Made by a program: the position numbers and the translations under genes. Below the pieces are notes generated by a model. The model worked only from the letters and a program-made list of their open reading frames with translations. It was not told where the DNA came from and ran no database searches. Positions 1 to 12,950 of a DNA stretch of 64,000 nt are shown here, in pieces. Every line of letters starts with the position of its first letter. Within the stretch, counting starts at the first letter, position 1. The DNA comes from the human T2T-CHM13v2.0 reference genome, Homo sapiens, in NCBI RefSeq assembly GCF_009914755.1, contig NC_060926.1. The stretch is one strand, 5' to 3'.

Positions 1-396
1 AAATCACTAATGCAATCTGATTTCACTAACTTTAGTCCTCTTGTTGTACATTAGCTCTCTAGACTTCATCCTGCACATGTGCTACTTTGCATCAGTTCAT
101 TGACTTCTCCCTGTTTCCTCTCACCCCTGGTAACTGTTGGTGAGAATGTAGATTGCTACAAGCATTATGGGAAACAGTATGGAGGTTTCTAAGTAAATTA
201 AAAATAGAACTAGCATATGACCCAGCAATTCCTCCTCTGGGTATATATTTGAAGGAGATAAAGTCGCCAGCTTATAAAGATATCTGCACTCCCATCATCA
301 TTGTGGCATTATTCATACTAGCCAATATATGGAAACATTCTAAGTGTCCATTGAAAGAGGAATGGATAAAGAGAATGTTTAATATATTAATATAGG

Positions 397-434
<38 letters not shown>

Positions 435-1255
435 TAGCATTCTCTTATCTATTCCTCTGTCAATGGACACTTAGGACGTTTCCATATATGTGTGTGCGTG
501 TGCGTGTGTATACATGTGTGAATACATATGTGTGTGTCTGTATGTATTGTATGTATATGTGTGTGAATATATATGTGTGTGCATGTATATATGAATATAT
601 ATGAGTGTATGTATATATGTGTGTGAATATACATGCATGTATGTATATATGTGTGTGAATACATGTGTGTGTATAGCATTCTCTTTATTCATTCCTCTGT
701 CAATGGACACTTAGGAGGTTTCAATGTATATGTGTGTTTGTCTGTGTGTGTATGTATATACGTGTGTGAATATATATGTGTTTGTATGTATATGTGTGTG
801 AATATATGTGTGTATATATTTATGTGAATATATGTGTGTGCATGTATATATGTGTGAATATATATGTGTGTATGTATATGTGGTGTGAATATGTGTATGT
901 ATGTGTGTGAATATATGTGTGTATGTGTGTGTGAATATATATGTGTATGTATGTGTGTGAATATATGTTTTTGTATGTGTGAATATATATGTGTGTATGT
1001 ATGTGTGTGAATATGTATGTGTGAATATATTTGTGTGTGACTACATATGTGTGTATGTATATATTAATGTGTGTGTGTGTAAAATGGAATATTATTCAGC
1101 CTTAAAAAGTAGGGATTCTGCCATTTGCCATGATATGGATGGACCTGGAGGACACTATGCTAAATGAAATAAGCCAGACGTGGAGAAAAAAATTGTAGGA
1201 TCTCATTTATATGTGGAATCTTAAAAAAATTAAATATGCAGAGATAATAAAACGG
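1..1255. mobile_element. Old L1MA-type 3' fragment with 5' inversion (1-134 minus; 135-1255 plus), interrupted by a microsatellite
   Basis: ORF 153-395 resembles the L1 ORF2 C-terminus ([22 protein letters not shown]); L1 3'UTR motifs aaaatggaatattattcagcc and tctcatttatatgtggaatct; 1-134 resembles the reverse complement of the downstream L1MA 3' end. Confidence 0.8.
399..1080. repeat. (TG)n/(TA)n compound microsatellite with recurrent GTGTGAATATAT unit
   Basis: Directly visible. Confidence 0.95.
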
Positions 1256-2719
1256 TATTTGTTTTAAGATTATTTATATTGTGTAAAAGCAACCTCTGAA
1301 TCTGACTATTGAGAAAGGAAAGATCAGAAGTGCATTTGGTATTCACATCAGAAATTATTTCCTATGTTGATGGTACTCCAGATAGGAAGGTGAATGATCA
1401 GAGCTCTTTAGACTTAAGTATGCATAAAATTGCTATTCTGTGCACTCACATAGGTGTTAAGTGAGGGCTTCAAAATATGCTTACCCTCCCTTCATTTTCA
1501 GCAGGGAAAGTTAGAGCACAAAAGGAACATTGGCCTCACTGTTAAACTATGAAAAGCCTGAGATCAGAACCATGTTCTCCATTCCTGATAAGAAGTGTTT
1601 TTTATTGTGATAAAATAGACATAACATGGAAATTTATCATTGTAATCACTTTCAAGAGATGGTATTAGAAGCCTGCATTTAGGAAAGGTGAATCTTTAAT
1701 AAGCACATTAAGTAAGATTGCTGCCATTTCTCTCTTCCAAAGGAGGTTATCCTTTCTTCTTGTAGAGTCTTAGAGATAGTCAAGCCTATCACTGCTGCCT
1801 GCACTGATGTTAACTTGTTCTGCCTCTTTTGGTCAGGGTCAACTTTATGGGATGGCAGAGGAAGTAGCAGAAGACAGAGTTCTTTTAGGATCACTGGGAA
1901 ATTCTTGCTACCCCACCAAAAATATTCCTTTTCTCCTTAATACCATCTAACATGCTCTGAACAAGAAGCAGTCTCTCTCACCTTTTAATTTGATTGGCAA
2001 AAATAAAGCCTGTAAATACAACCCTTCCCTCTCCCCCACTCCTGTGAGAGGTGACATGTTGCCTGAGATTCAGAGGAAGGTTCCAATGGTTGATTTCAGA
2101 GCAATTGCTCCAGGTACCCTGTCTGCAGAGAACAGAAGATGAGTGTTCCAGGATTCTTAAAATGGTGGCACAGCAGTAAAGAAAGAACGGAGGAAACATC
2201 CCAAGTGAATGAAAAAAGAGTGAATCGGGAAAACCAAGGAAGAGGCAACAAAGACAAACTTGAAAGTGGAATGTCAACATTTGGCCCCGTGCTAGTCATT
2301 TCCCATCAGTTTCATTTGACCTTGATGCAATGGTATTTGTTTCTGAACCTCCTATTCTGTCCTCTTTGGCCAGCATGGCTTATCCTTCCTTCCAAAAGAA
2401 TAATTTTGTAGGTATTTGTTCTCAATAACTGTGGATCACAATACAGGCCAGGCGTCGCATTAATGTAAATTTCCGCAAGATACTTATAAACAAGGAGGAG
2501 AGAAAGCCTTTCAAACTAGTAACGATGTAAAAACAAAAATGTGATGAAACAAAGTAAGGTTCTCTTGAATTTCAATGTAAAAGGCTAAATGCTTGTGAAA
2601 GTTTTTTTCACAAATCTCCCAGTTGAGAAGTGGAACTAATGACTGAGATAGACTATAAATTTCACAAAAAAGCCCATAGATTTAGTGACTTATGACCAAC
2701 TCAGCTCAGAATGCCGCAG

Positions 2720-3420
2720 AAGTGTCTGTCACTGGAGGATGTCTAAACAAACTACAGTAGATCCACACACAGGAATGTTACTCAGAAAGGAAAAGAAGCT
2801 ACTGATACGTGCAACAACGTGGATATCACTCAGAAGCATTGTGCTGAGTAAGAAAAGCTAGAAACAGGAACACACATGGTATGATTCCATGGTTATGAAA
2901 ATCAGAGCACTGATTGTCTCTTGGGGGAGAGAAAAGGAGAGGTGAGGGTTAACCAGGGAGGGGTGGTAGTTAACTCTTTGGGGGTGATAACATTGTTCTG
3001 TTATCTCAACAGAGGTTTGAGTTGCACACGTGTACTGTGGTCAAAAGTTATCAAATGGTTCACTTACAATTTGCATGTTTTCTTGTATGTACATTTTATA
3101 TCAAAAGAGAAAAAATGAACTGCAGACATCTATAGCTGTATTTAAAGGCGTGCATTCCGAAGAGTCTAGAGAGGCAGTGTGTCAATGTTTTAAATTCCAC
3201 TTTAAAATGACCAAAAAATAAACCAAATTGATAGATGTCTAGAAGGATGGATGATGGATGGATGGATGGATGGATGGATGGGTGGATGGATGGACAGGTT
3301 GTGTAATAAAACAAATACAGCAAAACATGAAAGACACATTCTAGGTGATGGGAATAGTGGGATTCATTGTACACCAATCTTTTAACTTTTTCCTAGGTTT
3401 AAAATTTGCAGAAAACTTTT
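2720..3420 (+). mobile_element. Degenerate L1ME-type 3' fragments with (GGAT)n at 3245-3294
   Basis: Motifs gctactgatacgtgcaacaacgtggatatcactcag, gtatgattccat, tgtatgtacattttatatcaaaa. Confidence 0.6.
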
Positions 3421-3785
3421 AAAGTGATGTGTGAAAAATTTGAAAGTGTTGAAATTATACATAGAGTGACCAAAAGTGATGTCTTCTGAACTGATTCTTT
3501 TTTATAGTAAAGATAATAAAAAATTGTACAACAGATACATATAAACTATTCTCAAAGTAAAGGTTGAGTAAAAATTTCTCAGTGATTTTTCCCTGATATT
3601 TTTGAAGAATAGATGATTTAGAAAAGAGAGAAGAGAGCTTCAGACAAATGATTGGAAACGTTTTTAGGAATTTCCCAAATGTCATATTTAACGCTATATT
3701 ACAACTTATGACATTTCCATACTCTTTCTTTAATAAAATAAAACTTTATTTAAACATCCACTTTAAGTATTAATGATTCAAAAAT

Positions 3786-3884
3786 AACTCAGAAGATATG
3801 AGACAGAGAATACCAATGAAGTCAATAGCAAAACTCAGAAGATATGAGACAAAGAATACCAACGAAGTCAATAGCAAAACTCAG
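3786..3884. repeat. 46-bp tandem duplication
   Basis: Units 3786-3831 and 3832-3877 with 2 mismatches, plus a partial AACTCAG. Confidence 0.95.
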
Positions 3885-4293
3885 TCAACCCCAGTAGTCC
3901 CTAGCCACATCCATGCTGATCTTAATCTTCACTTTTAAAAATTATGCAGACCAGAGACTGTCAATTTAAGTCAGATCTGGGGCTAGGGTTGTAGTGAATG
4001 TAAGCGTGCCACTTCACTGGTGGTTTTTCTTAATTCTGAGTTTGCTTGATCAAATTCAAAGTGCATTATTGAGAACTGTCTTAATTCTTGGGGGCCATTC
4101 TCCTTTGCCATTCAACATTCCAGTTTCCAGATATTACCTGGCTCCCAGAAGAGCTGCAATAATGTCAACCACATATCAGAAAATAAGTTCCTGAACTGAG
4201 GAAGCTTGCATTCTAGGGGAGGAGAGAGTCAATCATGAATTAAGCAGAAATAAGATAATTTCTCTGAGTGAAAATGGTTGTTAAGAAAATCAA

Positions 4294-4631
4294 GGCTGGG
4301 TGTAGCAGCTCACGGCTGTAATCCCAGCACTTTGGGAGGCCGAGGCTGGTGGATCGCTTGAGGTCAGGAGTTAAAGACCAGCCTGGCCAACATAGTGAAA
4401 CCCTGTCTCCACTAAAAACACAAAAAAATTAGCCAGGCATGGTGGCCTACACCTGTAATCCCACCTAATTGGGAGGCTAAGGCAGGAGGATCCTTTGAAC
4501 CCGAGAGGTGGAGGTTGCGGTGAGCTGAGATTGTGTCACTGCACTCCAGCCTGGGGACGAAGTGAGACCCTGTCTCAAAAAAAAAAAAAAAAAAAAAAAA
4601 AGAAAGAAAGAAAAGAAAAGAAAAGAAAAAA
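4294..4631 (+). mobile_element. Alu (older J/S type) with A/(AAAG)n tail
   Basis: Dimeric Alu consensus, poly(A) tail. Confidence 0.95.
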
Positions 4632-5319
4632 ATCGAAGAGGAGAAAGAGGAGAAGAGCGATGAGTGATCCTTGTGGAAATGGCAAAGGCCACGTGTAGAA
4701 AGACTCTTCAAGGATGGCCTCTCTCGAGAGGTAACATTTAAATTGAGGAGGAGAAGCAGCTGGTTGTGTGATGACCTAGGAGAAAATCCCCTGGCAGAGG
4801 GAGCTGCAAGAGTACAGGTTCTGAGGAGGGGCCAAGTGTGGAGCATCCAGGAAGGAAGGCTGTAGGGGCTGGAAACAGTGCAGGAGGGAGGGCTGCGGGA
4901 GGGAGGCCTGTCCAATGCCCTTGGGCAGGGAAGGCAGACAGTGCTTGGATCATTGCTGAGGCTTGAGGGCTACTGAAGATTCTTATTTCCCAATCCGGTT
5001 TTTAATAAGCCACAAGGCACAGCCTCCTGCCTTTAAAGAGCAATCTTCAAGCTCAGTCACATGTCTGTGGGGCTACTATGCAATGACTTCTCTCTTTTAA
5101 AGGTCATGAAAAGATCAGCACCTGTGGCTATTGACTTTAAAATTCTTCCCCCAGGACCATTGCGTGGTCTCTAAGAGCCTCGGGGATACCAAGATAAAGG
5201 GCTCATCCCAGACCTTACCCTTTGGTGTTTGCATCCGACATTGGTGATAACTATAGGCAGCCTCATTTCTCTTTTCTCTGACCAAATGACCTGGATTACC
5301 CAGTGTGGGATGCCTGAGT

Positions 5320-5485
5320 GCCCCATCAGTTATCAGCTGTAAGTTTTGGGGTAAATTCCCTCTCAGTTTCCGAGTTTCTGCTATAAAATGAGGATAACAG
5401 TTCCTATTCCATAGGGTTATGAGTATTAAATGAGATAATGCATGTATGACACCCAGCACATTCTGGCTCACTGTAGACACTCAAA
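5320..5485 (+). mobile_element. MIR fragment
   Basis: Core-like tataaaatgaggataacag and attaaatgagataatgcatgt. Confidence 0.65.
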
Positions 5486-7993
5486 AAAATGCTCTTTTAT
5501 TAAAAAAAAAACAAAAACTGTTCTATTTCAGCCCAGCTAAGCTGGTCACACTTTATTTGATCTTTAGTCACAATTTATACTCTTATGAATTTTTCTTCCT
5601 TACATCTTCTTTCTATCAAATCGACCATGGTAAAAAATTTTAATATGTCACACATCTCTGTATTTTACCCAGTGGATTAATGAAATCAGTGGCATCATAT
5701 ATTTTTATGCTGCTTTTTTCTTCTGGGATCTCCAAGTTAGTGCTGATTTCTATTCCTAGTGTGTAAAGGCTTACATTTTCCATTCTAGCCTGAAGTCATC
5801 TATTTCTTCAGTATCTTCCTATGGACCCTCGCTTAAAAATAAAAAAAGTGAAAATCTTAAGAGTCAATAATACACATTTAAATTTAAAGAATAAATTTCA
5901 CCTTTTTTTTTGCTTTTCTATAATTGCAAATTTTCATTTTGCAGTCTCAGCAACTCATAAAAAGAAATAAGCAATTTAAATTGGTAGCAGACATAGGAGA
6001 ATTCTTCTAATCCAGGAGGTATGAAAATGATTTACTTCTATTAGCCTCGGAAGACCCAAGTAAATTGTCTGTTTCCATTACTGACCTAAATACATGTAGT
6101 CTTTAGAGGGGAATGCTTAGCTTTGTAAAATCATTTTAAAGAATAATTCTGCTGTTCAGTGCTCATCTTCATTGTTCTGGGGTATATCTGAAAGGGTTAT
6201 ATTTTTGAACTTCTGATTTTCAGTTTGAATACATAAAGTTTCTTACTTTGTGGCAGTCTGATTCTTCCCTTTCTTGGTATTAACTTCCACTTTCTTTAGT
6301 TAAAGTAAGGGAAATTCTCAACAATACTTCAGTTAATTTTTTTTATTTCTTCTCATGAGATTAATCTTGCAAACTATGAGAATTGCAATTAAGCAATAAT
6401 GTCCGGGATTGGTTTTTTCTAGAGATGCTTTCTCCATTGTTTTAACAGAGGAAGAATACTGTGAATGTGAAATCTCTAATTTGCTTTCTTTCTTTACAGC
6501 ATCATGAATATAAGGAAAGATGAACAGTGTTTGGGGATACAGCCACTGAAGAGTGTAATGGACCTAAAGATGGTGGGAACACATTTAGTTAAAAGGATGG
6601 CTAAATACGGCTGTCTCCATCCTCTCAACTTGAGATGCAGTCTCCCAACTTCCGAGTTGTAACCACTTCTCAGAACTATTTTCAGAAAGAGGAAGTCCTG
6701 ATGTTAAAAGATGCTTTGCTTTTCAGTTGTGCCTACAAAAACTGTGTCATGAACACCCAGACATTCTGAATGTAACAATTACTCATGAAAGCTTAGGGTG
6801 TGGTAAACCTTCCCAACATGAAGTTGCAAGAGCTTGTCTATCAGCAGGGATTCAAGTCAAAAAGAATGCTCAAAGATCTGGTAAACGTTACTGTTCAGTG
6901 TTTTGAAAAAAGATTTGCAGTTTAGAAGGGACATACTTTTTTTCTCTTCACGGTAATGAAACCCCAAAATAAATGGCCTCCTCCTGTCTTTTTCTTCGAT
7001 TGCCACCCCTGCAGTCCCATTCTCCATAGAGTAGCCCAAGAGTTCTTTCAAAGAGGTAAACCAGATCATGCCACACCCCTGGTTGAAATTTCCAAAGGCT
7101 TTTGTTGCAATGAAAGTAAAATCCAAGCTCCTTTCCAGGGCACACAGGGTCCCTTGCCTAAGGTCCTTGGTTTCATCTTATTACGCCCCTTTCATCCTTA
7201 AGCTCTAGCCTTCCTGACTCAAGTGACCATACTGGTTCCCACCACTTCAGGGTCTTTGCCTTGCTGCTTCTCCAGAATCCTTTCCCAAGATGCCTGTGTT
7301 GGCAGCTACTGCCGATTCATATCCAAGATCAAATGTCACCTTCTTAAATCTAGTTCATAATCCCTCTTTCAAATTCCGCATTCGGAAATTGAGAGCAATG
7401 CTTCCAAGTATACAAGTCTTGAAAAGGTGCTTCTGGGGCCACAGGAAATATAGCAAAGTGGTTCCCAATTCTGTACCATGTGTCTATTAAAAATTAGATC
7501 CAATGTGTATCATATCAGTGCTTCACTTGAGGAGAGTGTTAATACAAACTTAACTTTTGATTGTTTCAAGTGTTTTTCTGAATTATTTACATAATCTTAG
7601 CTTGATGAACCAGTGAGTTGGGTAGAACCAGTTCAAGGAAGTTCTTTAAATATGAGCAACTCCAAACCCATCCAGGAATATTATATTTTAAAATTTGCCA
7701 TTTACTCTGTTTGTTCGTCCAATAAGTAATTATAGTACTGCACACCTACTATGTGCCAGGCATTCTTCTTACAGGCCTGCAGGGGATTCTGCAGGGAAAA
7801 GTCCCTGCCCTTTGGGGATTTTTACTTTAGAAGGGGAAACAGACACTGAATTAATTTCTATTTTTGTTCAGGTAGTCAGGTGAGCTTTTCTGTGGAGGTG
7901 ACTTTTGAGCAGAAGCAGAACAAAATTACTTTCTCCAAAGGCTTATGTTCCTGAGAGTCAGGAAAAAATCAGGTGTTTATTTTCCTTTTGGTT

Positions 7994-8042
7994 GTGTGTG
8001 TGTGTGTGTGCGTGTGTGTGTATATATATATATATATATATG
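7994..8042. repeat. (TG)n(TA)n microsatellite
   Basis: Directly visible. Confidence 0.9.
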
Positions 8043-8472
8043 TCTTTTGTGGAAGTTGTTTATTTTCATGACTTCTGATATCCCAGCATGAAAATACATG
8101 AAACAAGTAACAAATATGAATGCTATACAGAATATTGTCAGAAAAACTATTTGGCCATATGGTACTTTTCTAATCTTCTTGTGCCTGCTATTGAAAAAAC
8201 AGCTCACAGAATAATAATACAATGATAAATGAACGTCAAAACTACATTAAAAAATTAAATCAGAGTATATTTATATCTGAATCCAAACTCTGTGATGATG
8301 CAAACTACACATGTTGAACAAAATGTCCTATCTTGACTCTTACTTATACATTTTGGAAAATGTGCCTTGACAGAAGATTAATGTACGTGTATTCATGAAC
8401 AATGGCAGGACTAGAACAGAGGATGTCATCTATATTTGGAAAAGACCAATAAGTGCTCATAACAGGTTCTTA

Positions 8473-8916
<444 letters not shown>

Positions 8917-9426
8917 TCATTAAAAATAATCAACTGCCTAAGCAAAAAGTACCATGAAGACAGGTCTTGTGCCTCTGGGGTGCTGTGAAAGCTAGCAACT
9001 TAAAGGTAGATAAGGAGCTTGCTCTTTCCAATCATTTTCAATTTCCCATGGAAATCTAACCATTTCCATTCCATTCTTCCATTAAATAGGGGGAACTATT
9101 TAACATATTTATTCTATTTTACTTTATCAAAAAACTAGTTTAATTGCCCCTGAATCCTACCAGATATGCTGCTAACCTCAAGAACCATCATTTTTCAGCT
9201 TCCTTTGGCAAGCCCTGACATGATCTAAGAGTTCTTAGTAGGAAAAGATGTTATTATTTATATAAGAGCCTTTTGTCATGATTTTAGCCCATTCCTTCTT
9301 GTCCTTACTTCAGTAACCAATCTTTTCCATTTTGTATCATTGCTCCTGTTAGCCTGAAACTAGCTTTTCAGTTTTATCTCATGCCTTCTAAGGCACAGTC
9401 TTTCTCTGTGATTATTCATAGTTCTA

Positions 9427-9876
9427 TTTTGTTTTATTTTATTTTTAATTTTTGTGGGTACATTGCAGGTGTATATATTTACAGGGTACATGAGATGGTT
9501 TGATACAGGCATGTAATGTGTAATAACCACATCATGGAAAATGGGGTGTCCATCCCCTCAAGCATTTATCGTTTGTGTTATGAACCATCCAATTATACTC
9601 TTTTAGTTATTTTTAAATGTACAATTAAATTATTATTGACTATAGCCACCCAGTTGTGCTATCAAATAGTAGGCCTTATTCATTCATTCTAGCTATTTTT
9701 TGGTACCCATTAGCCATCCCCACCTCCCCTCCACCCCAGCCTCCGGTAACCACCCTTCTACTCCCTTTCTCTGTGGGTTGAATTGTTTTCATTTTTGGAT
9801 CCCATAAGTAAGTAAGAACATGTGATGTTTCTCTTTCTGTGCCTGGCTTATTTCACTTAACATAATGATCTCCAGT
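9427..9876 (-). mobile_element. 5'-truncated L1MA (L1MA1-3-like) 3' end
   Basis: tttaatttttgtgggtacat...gggtacatgagatg...tttcacttaacataatg; TSD-like TTATTCATAG at 9412-9421 and 9877-9886. Confidence 0.85.
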
Positions 9877-10762
9877 TTATTCATAGATTTTATAAACAGA
9901 TGTGAATAACTGATAAGCAAAAATGATTTAGAAACATTAATGGCACAAAATAGTTATCATATAGTGGTACGTAATGACGGATTATATAATATTTATGGAT
10001 GGAAATATTTTCCAAACACCTACCATGCACCTAGCACTGTACTGATCATAGATCTGTAATGGGATTTCACCTGATGGCTTTTGAGACTCCTTTCTATTCT
10101 AAAATTACATGATTCTGGGGAGTAAGCAGCTATCATTGGGATTATATGAACACCTGTTCTTTAGCATTAGGGGGAAAATGAAGAGTAATAAACCTATTGC
10201 ACTGTGAGGAGTAAAGACCTGTGATTGTCTTTGTAAGCAAGAAGGGAATAGGTAAGGTGCAGGACTGCTGCAGCAAAGAAAGCGTTAGCACTGCCTTTGC
10301 AGAAAGGATGGAGGGGGGTGGCCTAGTGCACATCATAGAAAGGTGGACGGAGAACACATGTTCCAGGCAAGAGGCTCGAGATGCATGAAAAACGCAGGGC
10401 GAGGGGACGGGGCTGTTCTGGATTTTTCTGGCCTGGAGTTCTCTCAGTACCACGGCTTTATTTGTTCAGGGAGGTGCCCATACACAAACTGGGGACTGAG
10501 GACAAAACAAGGAGTGACCCTGGGACAGAGGTGGGCATAGGAGGATGACAGCTATGAAGGCAGGACAAAAGGAGAACTTAAAAACGAAACAGTGGCAAGA
10601 CAGACGAATGTAGAGAAGAATAGTAAAAGGGAAGTCAGGGGATCTGGAAGTACTGGAATGGATGGGGAATTTGAGCAAAACAGTATGGTGAGCTGTAGCA
10701 ACTTGCCAATGCCTGAGCCAATTCTGCAAAGCACGTGTTTCTGGAAATAAGAGGAAAATTGA

Positions 10763-11052
<290 letters not shown>

Positions 11053-11509
11053 TGATAATTGAGCCTTAATATGCTCCTTTGCTGAAATGTTTTATCTTCA
11101 TTTTGGATAAAGATGCCAGGGATTTAGACAAGGAACATACAGGTCAACAGTATCCAAGCCAAGGAGACAGAACTTTCATGGTTATAATTCTTTCTCATCC
11201 CCTCTCTCTTCCTTTCCTTTTCTTTCTTTCTACCTTGCTGTGGTTCTCAAATGAAACAAAATCCATTTTAAAATGGAAAAAGAAGAGCATAAAACCCACT
11301 CCCTTTTTGCATTCCCTTTCAATCCTTTTTCTGTTGCATAGTTTAATGTAGTTCCCCCTAAGTATTTATTTGAATATGAATATTGTTTTTTATTTACTTC
11401 ATAACATATTCTATAGATTTTTACACTTGCTTTCTAATTTTATAACCACTTTAACTAAGTAGAATAAAATATTATCCCCTAATTCCCTAGCCCAGTCTCC
11501 TCATTTTGG

Positions 11510-11835
11510 AGATCATTCATCCATGAATTCATTGAACAAACATTGAGCCCTACTAGGTTACCCGGAGTTGCTCTGGGTAGTGTGAATATAGCAGTTAACA
11601 AAAAACAAAATTCCATGCCCTCTTGGATTGACCTCCTTGTGAAGAGCTGATCAATAAACTAAAAACTAAGTAAATTGTGTTATATGTTAGAAAATGGTGG
11701 TGTCATGGGAAAAATAAAACAAAGGAAAGGGGCTGGGAGATTTGGAACAAGGGAATTAATTTATATAGGCTGGTTAGCATGGAGCTCACAAGAAAGGTGA
11801 GACTTGAGCAAAGATGTAAAGGAGAGAACAAAGTG
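11510..11835 (-). mobile_element. L2 3' fragment
   Basis: cattcat...cattgagccctactagg...aaaggtgagacttgagcaaag. Confidence 0.6.
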
Positions 11836-12499
11836 AGTCGTTTTTATGGCTACTTCCAATTTTGGGATATTATAGAAAAAAAATGCCCCAGAGTATATCG
11901 TCATGCATATGGCCCTCCTACTCTCCCCCTATACCACCCTATTTTGATTATTTTCTTAGGATAGAATGCTCAAAGTATTTTAAGGATTCTTTGATAAAAA
12001 TAGAAAATTGCCAAACCAGTGTATATTCTAAGTTAGCAAAATGAAAATAGAGGGTACAGCCTTGGGAACTAGGGGATAGAAGGCTTTATTCTTGTCCTGG
12101 GACTAGGACTGACTCCTGATGTGATCTTGGTCGAGACATTTTATTTGTTTGGATCTCAGATTTAGTTCTTGGGCATTCACAATATTGGACTGGATTAGAA
12201 ATTTCTGCAGCATCATTTCTATCTCCACACTTTCTGATCTGGAGGTTTCAATGGGACACAGATGCAATGACTTACTCACTGCCCTTTCTTGCTATTGATG
12301 GTACCTATGTTTGACCATGATAAACATGTACACTCATGCATGTTATGCATGATGTTCACAATATGCCACAGGTGTAGCCGAATCTAAGATATGCTAGTCT
12401 TGAATTTCACTGACAAAAATGAATGTGGCACTTTCTTATATTAGTATGATACTAGTAAAAAAAAAAACACAAAACTTTCTTTTTTTAAAGCTATAAATG

Positions 12500-12950
12500 T
12501 TTGTCAGATACTGTACTACTAAGCACTTTGCATACAGTCTTAACAAGCATTCTTTGAGACTATTATTCCCATTTTATAGATTAGAGAGGCAAGCAGAGGT
12601 TCAGATCTTTGACCTAGGCCCCATAGGTGGTAGAAATACAATTTCAAACTGGATTTGTCTGATTCTAAAAGTCTATTCAGCTAATTTATAAATTGTTTGA
12701 TGGTTGCAAACCTTAAAAATGAACCGCACATTTGGACCATCATTCTGGATGTTTTGTGTAATATTTCTGTTTCTGTTTTAGAATCAGACAGACCTAGTTT
12801 TGAATTTTGGTTCTGCCATTTAATAGCTGTGGGATCTCAAATAGCTTAATATCTCTAAATGCTTTTATCTGCCTAAGTAATACCACCTTCGCTAGGATCA
12901 AATAATTTGTGTGAAGCGCCTAGCATAGTGTAAGCCCTCAATAAGTACTT
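12500..12950. mobile_element. Two MIR fragments in opposite orientation (about 12500-12675 minus, 12779-12946 plus)
   Basis: cccattttatagat...gaggttcag and gaatcagacagacctag...tagctgtg...gcctagcatag. Confidence 0.6.

Noticed and set aside
153-395. 80-aa ORF resembling a real protein
   Set aside because: Decayed L1 ORF2 C-terminus within a truncated element.
404-1167. CVCVY/HTHI-rich ORFs
   Set aside because: Microsatellite translations.
3786-3884. Repeat units as a possible CRISPR-like array (also 56581-56663)
   Set aside because: Only 2-3 adjacent copies, no unique spacers, eukaryotic intron context.
6630-6930. Open frames suggesting a processed pseudogene (faint RPL7-like stretch)
   Set aside because: No sustained similarity to any protein I recognise; no poly(A) or TSD.
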